Below, one piece after another: positions 51,551 through 64,000 of a stretch of 64,000 bases of DNA. The stretch spans positions 310,001 to 374,000 of the forward strand of contig RSEE01000042.1 of NCBI GenBank assembly GCA_003971905.1, in the 5' to 3' direction. Source of the DNA: Moniliella sp. 'wahieum' (taxonomy: Eukaryota). The notes below the pieces were generated by a model, which did not search any database, was not told the DNA's origin, and saw nothing but the letters and a program-made list of their open reading frames with translations. Numbering within the stretch: the stretch's first letter is position 1; the number at the start of each line of letters is the position of its first letter. Position numbers and translations under genes: made by a program.

Positions 51551-52295
51551 GAGCAAAGAGACAGACAAGCTGATGGAAGCCACCCAACCACGCCCACGCC
51601 CCCCCAACCATCAAACAACCTTCGGGCCTCAGAGCTTCGGCCTCGCTGAGCCGGCCATTTCCGAAGCCTCCTCCTGGTTCCGCCCGGGCCGCCGAGCCAG
51701 GTGTGCACAGTAGGGTTGTCAAGGGTCATCCGTCTTACTCATGCACTCATGCATCATGCATCATTCGTCCTGCGCCATGCTGTCATGCATCATGGTAGTC
51801 ATCGCTCACCGACGAGGCCATCGATCATCGTGTCGCAATTTGCCTGCCGCATCACGTGCACCTCGTTGCTTTGTTTCCAACGTCAAATCCACCGTGGAGC
51901 CGCGCACTCTGCCCATTCTGTACCCATCTTTCCCAGCCGGACATGCCCCAGCAGGGGTGTATGAATAGGAGCCGAGGCTTTTGCTATTCGGTAAAAACAA
52001 AGTGGCAAACCCAAAAAAGTAGCTACCGTCGGTCTTGATCCGACGACCTGTGGGTCACAGAGCAATTATGAGCCCACCGCTCTTCCGCCTGAGCTAGGTA
52101 GCTGCTATTATTAGGGTTCAAGTGATTCCCAACAATGCCTGTAGCTTTCCTAAGATGACTTCTTCTGACTGATTGAGTCCAACAATGAATCGTCCCCCGG
52201 TTTACGTTCTACCACCTCTTCGTCTTGCATGACCGACGTCATGCCATGGCTAGTTATACACTTTGAGCGCGGAGCACAGTTGTATTAAGGAATCA

Positions 52296-53362
52296 TTAAT
52301 AGGTCCGCCTTGGGGGCGGAGGAGGGGGTGTCGAAGGTAGCTGCTCCGCTGCAGACTGAGGCTGGGATCGAGTTGAGTCCGACTGCGCCTCTTCACTCGA
52401 GGGACCATCTGGAGCTGCTGGGGTCGCATACCGCTTCTCATATTCTTGGGCCAACTTATCCATGTCGGCCTTTTCGTAGGCCAGCGTTAGGTCGCGCATT
52501 TGAGCTGCCTGCCTCTCCTTGGACTCGAGTTGGGAACGCTCCTCCTCCTCCTTCTCCTTTTCCGCCAGCTGTTGGGCAAGTCTAGCTGCCTCTGCTGCCT
52601 CCTTGGCACGCTTCTCTTCCAGCGCCTCATACGCCGCCATCAAACCTACCCATCATCAAATCCAAAAAGCAAAAAGGTCAGTTGACGAATTTCTCCTTCG
52701 CAAGACGGGAGCGACGCACGTTCGGCATACTGTTCGTCATCGGCTTGGGCCTGTTGCAACCTCGCAATTTCGTCATACTCCTCCTCTTGGGTCATGCTCC
52801 GCCCGGTTCCAATCAGAGGCATATCAGCCTTGGCATTGCTAAAGGCTTGTTGGAGCTTTTTGCGCAGTACCACGCTGGACCAATTTTTGCCCATTATGAC
52901 CGACGTCCAACTGATCGGCCCAGATGGCGCAGGCGGTTCCGGACCTGCGTTCAGGCCCACGTCCGACGGAAGTAAGCGGGCCCGACGCAGACCCTGTCCC
53001 AATTTGACTTCGTCCCAGTCCAGCGCATTGGGGTCCGACTCGGGCCCCGCCACAACCGCCCGAGCCGAACGTTCGACCGCATCCAGCGCCTGCATCTGCC
53101 GCTTGTGCAGGATCGCCGCGTGCTCTTTTTCTTCCGTGATCGCCGCTGAATTACGACCAGACCCAATGAGCAAGGTAAAGAGGAGGACAAACCCACCCAC
53201 TTGTTTGGCCAGCTTGCGCCGCGGGGACGGGGACGGGGACGGGGACGGCTGACTGCTAGCGGAGTAAAAGCGCCACTGGTGCAGCGGTGGTGGATGGAGA
53301 GCCGACGCCGGAAGCGAAGCATGCGCACGCCAAGCTGGCGCCAGACGTATCCGGCTGGCCAT
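52296..53362 (-). CDS. Hypothetical mitochondrial membrane protein with coiled coil
   Basis: 238-aa ORF with Arg-rich presequence-like start (..QWRFYS) and one TM (VGGFVLLFTLLIG); probable intron about 52647-52718; then E/K/A-rich ORF 52296-52643. Confidence 0.65.
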
Positions 53363-53803
53363 CGCGGATCGGGGATTGGAAGGGGGAGACTCGAGGTGAG
53401 TAGGTTGACCTCAACGATGAGGTTGAGGGTCGGGTCAATGCGGCGTCATCACCCCCCCACTCCATTGCGATTGCGCTGGCGGCACCAGCAGAAGAGAGGC
53501 AAGCGGAATAGACAATGTTCCTCTTGCCAACCCAATTCCGAACATTGGACACGCGCCGCGTACAGCGTTCGTTCAGCGTTCAACCAACGTTCAATGTTGA
53601 AGCTTGCATGATGCATGGAGTTACGAAGCGTGAGCTATGCGAGGCCACCCCGTTCTTCCTCTTTCCATCCCACTGGTTGGGTTTGCGGCTGCCTGCACCT
53701 GATGGCATGGAAAGCAAAAGCGGGAAGAGGGAAAGGTTGGGTGCAACACACGTCATTACATGACCGATGGATGGCGATAGTAAAATACCGACGTGTAAGA
53801 ACT

Positions 53804-53899
53804 GGCAATGTGCCCGAGTGGTTAAGGGGATTGATTCGAACTCCAGTTTGAAATATCAATTAGGCTTCGCCTGCACAGGTTCGAGTCCTGTCATTGTCG
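53804..53899 (+). tRNA. tRNA-Ser(CGA) with 14-nt intron (53841-53854)
   Basis: Acceptor GGCAATG/CATTGTC + G73; D loop GAGTGGTTAA; anticodon stem ATTGA/TCAAT with CGA at 53837-39; long variable arm AGGC-TTC-GCCT; T arm ACAGG-TTCGAGT-CCTGT. Confidence 0.95.
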
Positions 53900-53906
53900 T
53901 TTTTTT
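53900..53906 (+). terminator. Pol III terminator (T7)
   Basis: T-run immediately after the tRNA. Confidence 0.85.
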
Positions 53907-54404
53907 GCTTGTATTAGCGCAGATAAGGGATTCGCAGGAATGACTTGTGTTCGGTACGCCGTCGCAAGGCTAGGCATGCGCTGGTGGAGGATGGGGGGAG
54001 GACGGGGGACATGGCATGGGTGAGGCTCATCAGTGCCTATGGACTGCGGCGATGACCTAACAGGGCACTGAGCTTGAGCCTGTTTTAGCCCGCCTTGGCA
54101 GGCCTTGGCTAGGAATAAGAGAACCACGTATTGGTCGCATATTCAGTACCCCACATTGCACTCTGCACCTTTTTTGTGCGACCCACCACCACCTTCCTTT
54201 CACCATCTACATGCTTGCCAGATCTCTCATTATTCGCCGCATGCATCCCATGCACCGCCTCGGAACACGCACCGCGACGGCCGGACTGTCGCATAGTGCC
54301 CCCATCCCCACCCCCTGCCGCCTGCACCCTCGACCATCACGGCCCGCTTTCAGCTTCCGCAGGTGCCGCCGCCGGCATCGGCCGCGTTTGCGTCCAAGGA
54401 GCGC

Positions 54405-55582
54405 ATGGCTACCCGTATTGCCCGTGACTTTCGTTCTGACACACTCACGGTCCCCAGCGACGAAGCAATTGCGGCCATGGCCAATGCGTCACGTGGGGAT
54501 GATGTGTACGAAGAAGACGCCACCACGAGCGAATTTGAGGGCCAGTTGGCCGCCCTACTCGGGAAGGAGGCCGCGCTCTTCTGTACCAGTGGCACAGCCA
54601 GCAATCAACTTGCTGTCCGCACTCATCTAACTCAGCCACCTTACAGCCTTTTGTGCGACGCCCGCGCTCACATCTTTGTCTACGAAGCCGGAGCAGCAGC
54701 GATGCTTACCGGCGCTCACACTATCACTGTACTGGCCGAGACGAATGGCCACCATATCGTATGGGAAGACTTGGAATCGAAAGTGGTTGCCGACGATGGG
54801 GATGTGCATGGAGCTCCCACACAGCTGGTGTGCCTGGAGAATACCCTCAATGGCACCATCTTTCCCCAGGAGGAGATTGTGCGGATCGGGGAGGAGGTGC
54901 ACAAACGGGGGATCAAGCTTCATCTCGATGGCGCACGACTGTGGAACGTGGTAGCTGAGACAAACATGCCCTTGGCTGAGCTTTGTGAGCCTTTTGACTC
55001 GGTCAACCTGTGCCTGTCCAAGGGCCTGGGTGCCCCGATTGGCTCGGTCCTAGCGGGGAGCAAGGCATTTATTGCCAAGGCGCGCCATTTCCGTAAGGCG
55101 TTTGGCGGCGGGTTGCGCCAGACTGGGCCCATCGCAGCGGCGGCCCGCGTGGCGCTTGAGACGGGACTCCCCAAGTTGAAGGCGACGCATGAGCTGGCGC
55201 GGTGGGCCCAAACCCAGCTGGAGCAGCTGGGGGTGCAGATCACTATCCCGGCCGAGACCAATATGGTGCGTCCTGCCTGCTTTGTTTGGAGGCCTATACT
55301 GACTTGTGGTCGGAAAAGCTCTTTATCAACACGCGCAGCATTGGGGTTGGTCCGGATGAGCTGGTGGAGCGGGCGGCAGGGCTGCCTGAGCCGTTGCTGA
55401 CCTATGGCGAGCGCTTGGTCTTCCACCTCAACACAAGCCCGGAGGCCGTGGAGGACTTGGTTGGGCTGGTCGCGCAACTCAAGCGGGAGAAGCTGGCCGA
55501 CGGCGTTGAGCCGGACGGGGCGCAGGAACGCCGGCGCGCGGGGGGCATCTACGGGCAGCGCAAGCGCACCGAATCGGCCTAA
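54405..55582 (+). CDS. GLY1: Low-specificity L-threonine aldolase
   Basis: DFRSDTLT, GDDVYEED, SGTASNQLA, YEAG, CLENTLNG, LHLDGARLWN, PLP-lysine CLSKGLGAPIGS; intron about 55267-55318; may start at 54211. Confidence 0.95.
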
Positions 55583-55827
55583 GGCCTAATCCCATATCCA
55601 TCCCCAGCCAGCCCGCACCCTCACGCCCAGGCGCGCGCAAGCGAAGCCGGCCAGAAAGTTGCAGCAACGGCGCACAAGTAGGCATCGGTGCAACAGATGG
55701 GGGACAGGCGGACAGGCGTCTTACGTCAGACGGCAATTTTTTTCAGCACGGGGTTGCTAGCGAGCCGCACATGGGCTGGCGGTGGAGCCTCTTCTCCCCC
55801 ACCGGCGTGCTCTCCTCGACCACCGCG

Positions 55828-58617
55828 ATGGCCGGCCACCACCACCGCGCGACGCTCACCCAGAGCAACAAGCCCTTCAAGTCTCGCCACGCCTCCAAGG
55901 GCAGCATCAAGGACGCCGCCAAGGGTGTGTCTCCTCCTCCGTGCTGCCGCCTCTCCTGCTGACCCCCAACTCCCCACCAGGCAAGCCCGCCGACGCGCCC
56001 CGCTCCGCCCAGCACAAGGCCACCCCCTTCTCTGGCCCCGGCTCCCGCCAGGCCCGCCGAAACAACGCCAAGCAGGCAGCCCAGTCCAAGCGTGCTGCCC
56101 TGGTCGAGTCCAGCCGCATCTTTGGCGCTGGCACTGCCCCTGGCTTCCCCGCCCCCGACGCCGACGCCGTCGCGAACGGCCTTGGCTCGGCAAGGGTGTC
56201 TCCTCCACCGGAGGTGGGGCTCCCCGCATCTGTGCAGTCGTCGATGTAGCCGGCGGGGACCCTTGGCTTGCCGTAAGGAGATCGAATCCGAGGGCGAGGA
56301 GGGCGGGATCAAGCCAGTCCCAGGACACAGTGCAGCCGAGGCACTGGCCAAGGGCGATGCCTATAGCGAAGTGGAGGCTACCCGTTTTCGCCAGACCATT
56401 CAATTTCTTCCCCTCCCATACGGCGCGCTCTATCCCACCATGGACGCTTGCAATGTGCTGACTTTGTCCTGCTTGTTCTCTCTTCCACCCGCTCCATCGA
56501 GCCCGGCTCGTGGGGGGAGCTGTGCTTGCGGGCGCTACAGGCCCAGGGCCTGCCCAGTTTTGGTTTGTGCTCCCACACTTCATCCCGAGGGCCAGGCCGG
56601 GGTAGGGGGCAGCAAAAAGGCGGGCCCGCTGCAGCGGGCGATCAACGAGACGCGCAAGAGTCTCTTGAGCTTTGCTCAGTACTTTGCCCCCGAGGTTGAG
56701 AAGGTGCACGCGCTGGATGAACATGCCGAGCGCTCTACGCTGATTCGGACCCTAGCAACTGCCACGCCCAAACGCGTTTCATGGCGCGATTTCCGCAGTT
56801 GGCTTGTATCAGAGAGCTCCGATGGACCGCCAACGAGCAGGACCCCACCACAGGTACGCTCCAGGTCAATGGCTGGATCCGGGGCACGCCCATCAGCGCG
56901 AACCGCTTGGTTCATATCCCCGACCACGGCGACTTTGAGGTGGAGAAGATTGTGTATGCGCCGCTACCAACAGTCACTCGGCATGCCAAGCGGCCTGTGG
57001 TTATGCCGCCCCAACTTAGCGATACGGAGGAGGTCGAGATGGAGGATGCTGAGGAGGACACTGCCGAACAAGCTTTGGTCCCGCTTCAGCCGGGGGAAAC
57101 GCTCGATGAGCGGGACGAGGAGCTGGCTGACGATCTGCGCAGCGTCAATTCGGTTGACGATATGGCCAATGAGCAGACATGGCCCACAGAAGAGGAGATT
57201 GCGGCTGGAGAAGCTCGGCAACGGGCGGCAGAGATGGGAGTCGAGTATGCCCCTCCTCCTGCTGCTCCAGGCACGACGCCCAAGACAATTGTGCGCAACC
57301 CTCGTTTGAAGAAGAACGAGGATGTGGGCGAAAAGTACCGTGCTGCTTGGATCATCGAGAGTGATGACGAGGGCAGCGAAGAGGGCGGAGAAGAAGCAGT
57401 GATGGATGACGTGGAGGTGGAGTCGAATGCACCGGCTATCTCGGACGCATCTGAGGGGGAGGATGAGGAGATGGATTATGACGAGGCAGAGGAACAAGCC
57501 GCGTGGGAGGAATACCAAGCGCGCAAGCAGCCGAGCGCGAGAGGATGACGAGAACAAGTTCCCTGACGAGGTGGACACGCCCATGCAAGTGGATGCCCGC
57601 CAGCGATTTGCGCGGTACCGTGGACTCAAGTCCTTCCGTACCAGCCCCTGGGATCCATACGAAGATCTCCCTCAAGACTATGCTAAGATCTTCCAGTTTG
57701 ACAGCTTTTCCCGCACCAAGCGTCGGATTCAAGCCAGCGCGCTTCTTGACGGTGTACCCCCGGAACGCGGGTAGGCTTGGTGCTGCGCAATGTGCCTATT
57801 GGTGCAGCGATCCAAGCTCGCGCTACAGGGGTGGCCAACCTCCCCCCTCTAAACGACGGAGAGCGGGTTCCGTTTGTCGTATTTGGTCTGTTGCAGCACG
57901 AACACAAGATGAGCGTACAGAACATTGCCGTCACCCGCAACACTGAGTTCACCGAGCCTGTGCGGAGCAAAGATGAGCTGGTCATGTGTCTTGGGCCGAG
58001 GCGGTACATCACACGGCCACAGTACTCGATGAACACCCTTTCTCAAGGAAAAATGAGCAACGGGGTACACAAGTGGCAACGCTTCCTTCCCCACGGAATC
58101 GCAGCCAGCATTGCCACCGTTTATGCTCCGATCACGTTTGGCGCTGCCCAGCCCCCGGTTGTGTTTTTCAAACAGCGGAACGCAGCCGCTGGGGAGGCTG
58201 GGTACGACCAACGTGGTGTCGGTGCTGCTCAGACGCCCCACCTCGTTGGGACGGGCAGTCTGTTGGGTGCGCAACCAACCCGGATCAATGCCAAGCGCAT
58301 CTTCCTCACTGGGCATCCATTCAAGGTGCACAAGAAGACGGCCACGATCCGGTGGATGTTTTTCAACCCCGAAGACGTGCGCTACTTCCAGCCCATCACT
58401 TTGCATACGAAGCACGGCCGCTCGGGAACATCACCGAACCCCTCGGCACCCACGGCTACTTCAAGGCTCACTTTGATGGACCGATTACGCAGATGGATAC
58501 GGTGATGCTGCCGCTCTACAAGCGGGTTTACCCGCGTTGGCCCACCCCTTCACGGCTTCACGCGTGGAGATGCCGCTGCCGCGGAGCGAGGTAGAGTATG
58601 AGGAAGATGACGAGTAG
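55828..58617 (+). CDS. TSR1: 40S ribosome biogenesis protein Tsr1 (Bms1/Tsr1 family)
   Basis: [101 protein letters not shown]. Confidence 0.96.
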
Positions 58618-58858
58618 TCTTCTGCTAATCATTGATGGTTTTTGCCTGCCTTGCTCCATCTTGTTGGATGTGCAGTGGGAGTGGGATTTGCATGTTTAAC
58701 GTTACCCCTATAGTCGAAGTAAATAAAACACGTAAAAGACGCAGACGGTCATAATAATTGAACTTTTTGGGTTGGCATCGTGCATCGTCACGCCCCCACC
58801 CGGCGGGCGGACTCCCGCAGCTTCCACCACCTTGCCTTCCATCGACACGCGCGCGGTG

Positions 58859-60566
58859 ATGGGGATGAGAGTCTTTATGCTGGCCGCAGCGCTGGCCGTG
58901 TGTGTGTGCCGAGCGCGCTGGCTGAAGCATTCCATGAACGTCTTACGCTTCGCCCGCTCGACGACGGCCATGTCCACGCCCTTTAACTTCACTTTTGCCG
59001 CCCCGGCGGCGCGCAACGGAGGCGCGGCCGTCGGCTCGGAAGACATTGCTGTCCAGAGCTTTCGTGTGCTGCCGCGCGCACTTATCCAGCTCAGCGACGT
59101 GGCTGGTGTAGAAAGGCTGGACCTGAGTCTGAACCGCGGCGCGTGGGACTATGCTGCCTGGGGCAGTCCCCTGTGGTCCGGCGGGGGCCACGACGCGGTT
59201 GGCACAGGCGCTGAAATTGTCGCCCAGCTGCGGCCGCAGTCGGACCCCCCTCTTCCCGAAACCTGGATCGAGCAGCTTTTCCCTCCTCCCACCAACGTTG
59301 CTCCGGCCGGTCTGTTGGCGCAGTGGCGGACGTTGACCGCTGGCCTGGCCGGTTTGTTCTGTGCGTCGCTGGACACGGCCGCGGACCAGGTGGTGGTGCT
59401 TCCTTCGCACAAGTCGGTCCTCCACGCTTTTCTTCCCGCCGAAGGAATCTGCACCGAGAACCTGAGTCCGATGGTTCGCATGCTTCCTTGCCACGCGGCT
59501 GGTGGCATCGGATCGCTGCTCAACCCTCACCATATCTTCGACTCGGCCTTCCATGGGATGAGTGTTCGAGTGCACCGGACCCCACTGGTTGGGAAGTATC
59601 CCTTCTCTTCCAAGCCGTCTTTACCCCCGCTGCCCCTGCTGAGGCTCTGATGACTCCGTTGCGGATCGGCCTTGGTCCATGGCAGGATTGTTTGGCCGCC
59701 CTCTTATCCGGACGTGCCCTGTGGCCAACTCGTCCGGAGTACTGGTCATCAAGCCTCGTCGGCCCGCGCGCTTGCTGGCGCTGGAGGAGTTCCCCATGGA
59801 CATTACATTTGATGCCGAGGTGGCCCTACCGCTTAACATTGACCTGGCTTGGAACACCAATTCCACCGATTCGGTTACCCGCCCAGACACGGAACTGTTG
59901 AGCGCCTCGCGCGCCGTGATCAGCTCAAGCCAGGAACGGGGCCACATTGAGGCACGCATCGTTAACGCCGACCCCCTTTTGGAACGGAGAGTGCTCTATA
60001 CCGATGTGCTGCCCGCCTTGATTCGTCCCTACCTCCATACCATCCAACTGGACACTACTGCCTTGCCGCCCGCCGGGACTTTGAACCCCGAAGTGGTGCA
60101 GTTCCGCCAGGAAACGCTGCTCGGCAGGCTGCTCCACCTCTCCCATACCCCAGGCGAGACAAGAGGAGGCGATTTGAATCCAGGCCGGGCCCGGCCAGGG
60201 GTGCTGCAGATGGAACTCGCCATCCCTCCCGCCAGTACGGTGAGCGTGTCGTATGCGATTGACAAGGCCATGCTGCGCTACACTGACCATCCGCCCGATG
60301 CCCACCGAGGCTTCGACTTGCCCCCGGCAGTGATCCAACCACTGGATGCGGGTAGATTGCCCGACTCCCCCCGACCGTTGCGCAAGGCAAGTCGGCTGGA
60401 CTTGGTCCGGCGCTACACCCAGCCGGCCCTGGTGGAACTGGCGGTCCCGGACTTTAGCATGCCCTACAACGTCATCATCATGGTTTCAACCATCATGGCG
60501 CTCTTCTTTGGATCGGTGTTCAACAACCTCTATCGCTCCTATGTGGACGTGGTGGTGCCCAAGTAG
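58859..60566 (+). CDS. GPI16: GPI transamidase subunit Gpi16/PIG-T
   Basis: Signal peptide; LAGLFCASL; EGICTENLSP; PPDAHRGFDLP; PDFSMPYNVII followed by a TM helix. Confidence 0.93.
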
Positions 60567-60704
60567 CCACTCCAACCCAAATTGACCGTTACTGTACCTG
60601 GAATGTTTTATTCGGGAGCGAAATGCAAGGCGTAACAGGTTATAATGTACAAACATATGGTAGGAAGTACCCAACAAGACATGAAGTGCCAACGGTCGGC
60701 CAAC

Positions 60705-63700
60705 TCACAACAAGCCATTTCCTTCAGCATCTTGGTAATCTTTTTCTCGTCCCGCTCCCGCGGCTCCAGCTGGAGTGATAGCTGGTACAACGCATCGTCA
60801 GAGGGAACCTCGACAAGACTGTCTTGGATGAACCGCTGGATGCCCTGGACCGGGGTAAGCACGTAGGGCGTACTCTGGTAGGTACCAATCTCTTTGATCA
60901 CTTCGGCTGTCATGCGATGCTTGGCAAAGTTGATAAACTGGTTGGAGCGAAGCAGGTCCGGGTTGCCCTCGTCGATGAAGGTTAGGTCGGTCAAATATAC
61001 ACCCAAAAAGGGCACGCAAGGTGGGTTGAGGTTGTGAATCATATCGCGGTACTGGCAAAGTTCTTGGTGTTGAACAGGACCTTGTTGAGCGATTGAACGT
61101 GTCTCGGTTCTTGGTGCTGACCAGTTGCCACGTTGCACGCAGACGGTAGATGGCGGCGCTGTTGAGCCCACTGACAATGGCCGTCATGGAGGCAAAGTTG
61201 TGCAGCTGGCGGCACCGGTCGGCAATCTGGATGAAGTGCCGCACCCATTGCGCCCGCCCCTGGCATCGGACTGAAGAAGAATGGATTCGACAACCCAGCC
61301 GGTCACCTTGTTGCCCGTTGCGACAATCTCTTTGACGTGGGGAGAGCGGGTGGTCCGTCTGGCTTGGCCCAATTGCAATCGAGACACTCTTGAGGGCGGA
61401 TGCGGCCAAACGCATCCGCCTCGCGGATGGTGACTGGCGTGCCATCTCAAGTGGATCAATGTCGAGAAATTTGAGGTGCTTGGCTGACAGGTTGGGCAAG
61501 ATGGGGGGAGGCGCATTGCTAGTGTTGATCGAAAGGGTCTTGCGTAAATGCCATCCGCACTGCGTACCGTCCTCCCTTCTTCGATCCAGAGCACGAAGCA
61601 GCTGGTTTTGGGCGAGACCCGACATGTCGTTCTTAATAAAAACAGCAATCTTGTCCAACACTTGATCATCCTTCTCGTCCCACGAGTAGGTCTCGAGCCA
61701 CGTTTTGAGAGCATTTTGAACTCGGAGCTGGATCGGGCGTTGCTTTTTGGTCACCCAAAGTGTCTGCTCTTTCTCCGTCAGACCATTCGGCATCGGCAGT
61801 CGGAACCGCTCAAAGAGCATGTCCAACAATTCTTCTGTGCTCATGAAGGAACGGTAGGTCAGAAGAAAGGTGTTGTTGAAGGAAGGGTCGTAGTTGTCGT
61901 GCATAGTAAAGTGTTGGATGAGGGCACGGGACGTGCCAGCCTTGACCATCCCATTCTTGCCGAACAAAATGCTGTCTGACGAAATATCGCCCTCTAAAAA
62001 CCAAGGAACAGGTTCCTCCGATGCCTTGGAGGAAGGCGGCGGAGCCAGTGTAACCGACGCGGATGGAGAGTCGAGGTGTGGTGGTACATCCTCTGCCGAT
62101 GGAGCCAGAGACGGAGTGGCAGAAGTTCGCTTGCGTTCCTGCGGTGGAAGTTCCGTACCAAGAGAAAAGGGACCTGGAAACGATGAATCGTCCATAAAAA
62201 ACTTTCGCAACCTCTCCGCCCGCGACAAGCGGGCCGAATCGGCTACTGTACGTACTTGGGCACGACCTTGAGCAGATGGAGATCTTGAAAGTGGAACAGA
62301 CAGGTCCCCCGAATTGACGGGGGTAGGTGGGGCAGAGGAAAAACTTTTCCTGCCATGAACCTTATTCGTTCCTGACAAGAGGCTCGTGGGCAGCCTCGGT
62401 CCCCGGCGGCCCCACTTGGCAAACGTTTTGCCCTCTGTTTGAGACGTTCTGGACGATCTTCTCTCCTCTGCCGAGTTGGCAAAAGAACTGGCATTCTCAG
62501 GAAAGGTGACATTGCTGCTGGCGCTGCTGGGCGCACGTCCTGTTGGAATACGGCTAAGACGGCTGTCGGAGCTGTCTGACCGGCCGCGAACGCCCAAGCC
62601 AGATGCGGGGATGTACGGATGGAAGACCACTACTATCGTGGTGGGTACGCGCAGTAATGTTCAAGGTGCTTTGGGGGACGCTCCAGTCAACAGGTCCGTA
62701 TATTTTGCTCCGTGCTCCGCAGTAGCTTGATGGAGACGACTGCTGCTCTGTTTGCAACTCGAACAACTGGGTCATCGCATCATGAATCTTCCCGAGATTT
62801 GCGTCGACCTCACTGAGCAGAGGGATCAGGTCCGCGACACTCTGGGGGGCCAAAGTGAGCCCGTCATTTGCCAGGCCATCTTGCGCACAGACAAAAATCT
62901 CATTAGCACCATCATAGAGATTCTGCTTGGCTTGAATGAAACGCTGAACGAGCATACGGGCATGCGCGGCACTCTTGGCAGACGGATCACGAGGTTCTTC
63001 CCCCCCGCTAGGTCCATCGTAGTCCAATCCGACAGCCAAGTCCACATCCTCTAGAAGGGTAAGGTATGTTCCCACGCGATAAAGCATCGTTCGGTCTTCT
63101 CGAGAAACATGTCGTACGAAGGTAAACCAGAGGGACTAAGATCCGATCCGCCTTCTGGCCCTTGCGCATCCACCAAGGCGCGGAGCTCGGCCACCTGCGC
63201 TCGCACATCGTTCTCCTGTGGGTGCAAAAACTGGGCGAGGTGAACAGAAAGCTCTTGGTTGGGTCGGCGGCTGAGATGAACGTGGCCGCGAGCCAGAAGG
63301 ATTTGGTGTCTGAAGCCAAGTCGAAAGGATTGGTGAAGGCGCCCATTGCCTCGGCGCGGAGACAATCCATCTCGTTGGCAGAGGGCAAGACGAACCCGCT
63401 GCCCCTCCATCCGGCTGCCGACCCACCACTGAGAGAATTCGGATCAATTCCCGCCGCACCATGAGAGCTGCGGAGAGAAGGGAGTACAGCCCGAGGCCAG
63501 GCCCGTCAGCACGAGCGGCGAGGACTAGACCCTTCGAGCATCGTATACTGATCCAGTTCAGCCGAAGTTCGACACGCCGTCTGCAAAAGCTCAGTTGTGC
63601 TGTCGGTAGCACCTCCTTTTGTTGAAGTATACGCGGATGACAGGGTCGCACGCCCGTAGGCAGCTCTCGCTGCTGTCCAAAGGATTCCACTGGGCCTCAA

Positions 63701-64000
63701 GGCGGCAGAGATAGATAAGTTTGTCCGAAGTGACCATGAGCCGAGCCAGGCATTGAAGGATGGCAGTGGCAGGAAGTGCGACGGTTCGGGGATATTGGCA
63801 CTGAGGCTCGAGGAAGGTCTCCTGCCGAGAGGAGGTGGATGCGGAGGATCCGCGGGCCTGCGACGACGGGGACGCGGCATCAAGGGGTCCGAGGTCAAAA
63901 TAAAGTCCCCTGGAGAATTCAGCAGGTTGTCCATCTCCTCCTCCGAAACTGGAAACACTCCTGAAGCATAGAGAAGCGAGCGGACCGCAGGCAAAAAAAC
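60705..64000 (-). CDS. Cdc25-family Ras guanine nucleotide exchange factor (5' part outside window)
   Basis: REM domain VKAGT..TFLLTYRSF; RasGEF domain IDPLEMARQ, LHNFASMTAIVSGLNSAAIYRL, PCVPFLGVYLTDLTFIDEGN, INFAKHR. Confidence 0.93.

Noticed and set aside
53841..53854. tRNA-Ser(UGA) reading using TTGAA in the intron
   Set aside because: The canonical intron position after nt 37 gives anticodon CGA.

Overview
Gene-dense fungal genomic DNA. Gene content, GC richness and short GT..AG introns with (T)ACTAAC/CTGAC branch points fit a basidiomycete, plausibly Ustilaginomycotina (inference). Nearly every gene has several frameshifts, most likely uncorrected long-read indels, so CDS coordinates are gene spans. 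Recognisable genes, left to right: SRF/Mcm1-type MADS-box factor (partial), AP180/ANTH adaptor, Ypp1/TTC7, Ola1, Ntf2, UBL+BAG cochaperone, Prp5, a Pho80/Pcl-type cyclin, Shp1/p47, Osh6/7, a YOR238W-like protein, sterol O-acyltransferase, a Ser/Pro-rich hypothetical, a cytochrome P450, an alpha/beta hydrolase, Phb2, a mitochondrial hypothetical, tRNA-Ser(CGA) with intron, Gly1, Tsr1, Gpi16 and a Cdc25-type RasGEF (partial). There are two related solo LTRs (26870-27127, 45979-46233) and a candidate third from another family (39313-39602). The most unusual signal is non-coding: short 7-bp-period arrays with the rule [A-x-y-y'-x'-T]-N, i.e. a 6-bp A..T palindrome plus one spacer base. At least 12 different palindromes are used, some chains mix palindromes while keeping phase, and the arrays lie mostly upstream of genes and in an 8.9-kb gene-poor region.
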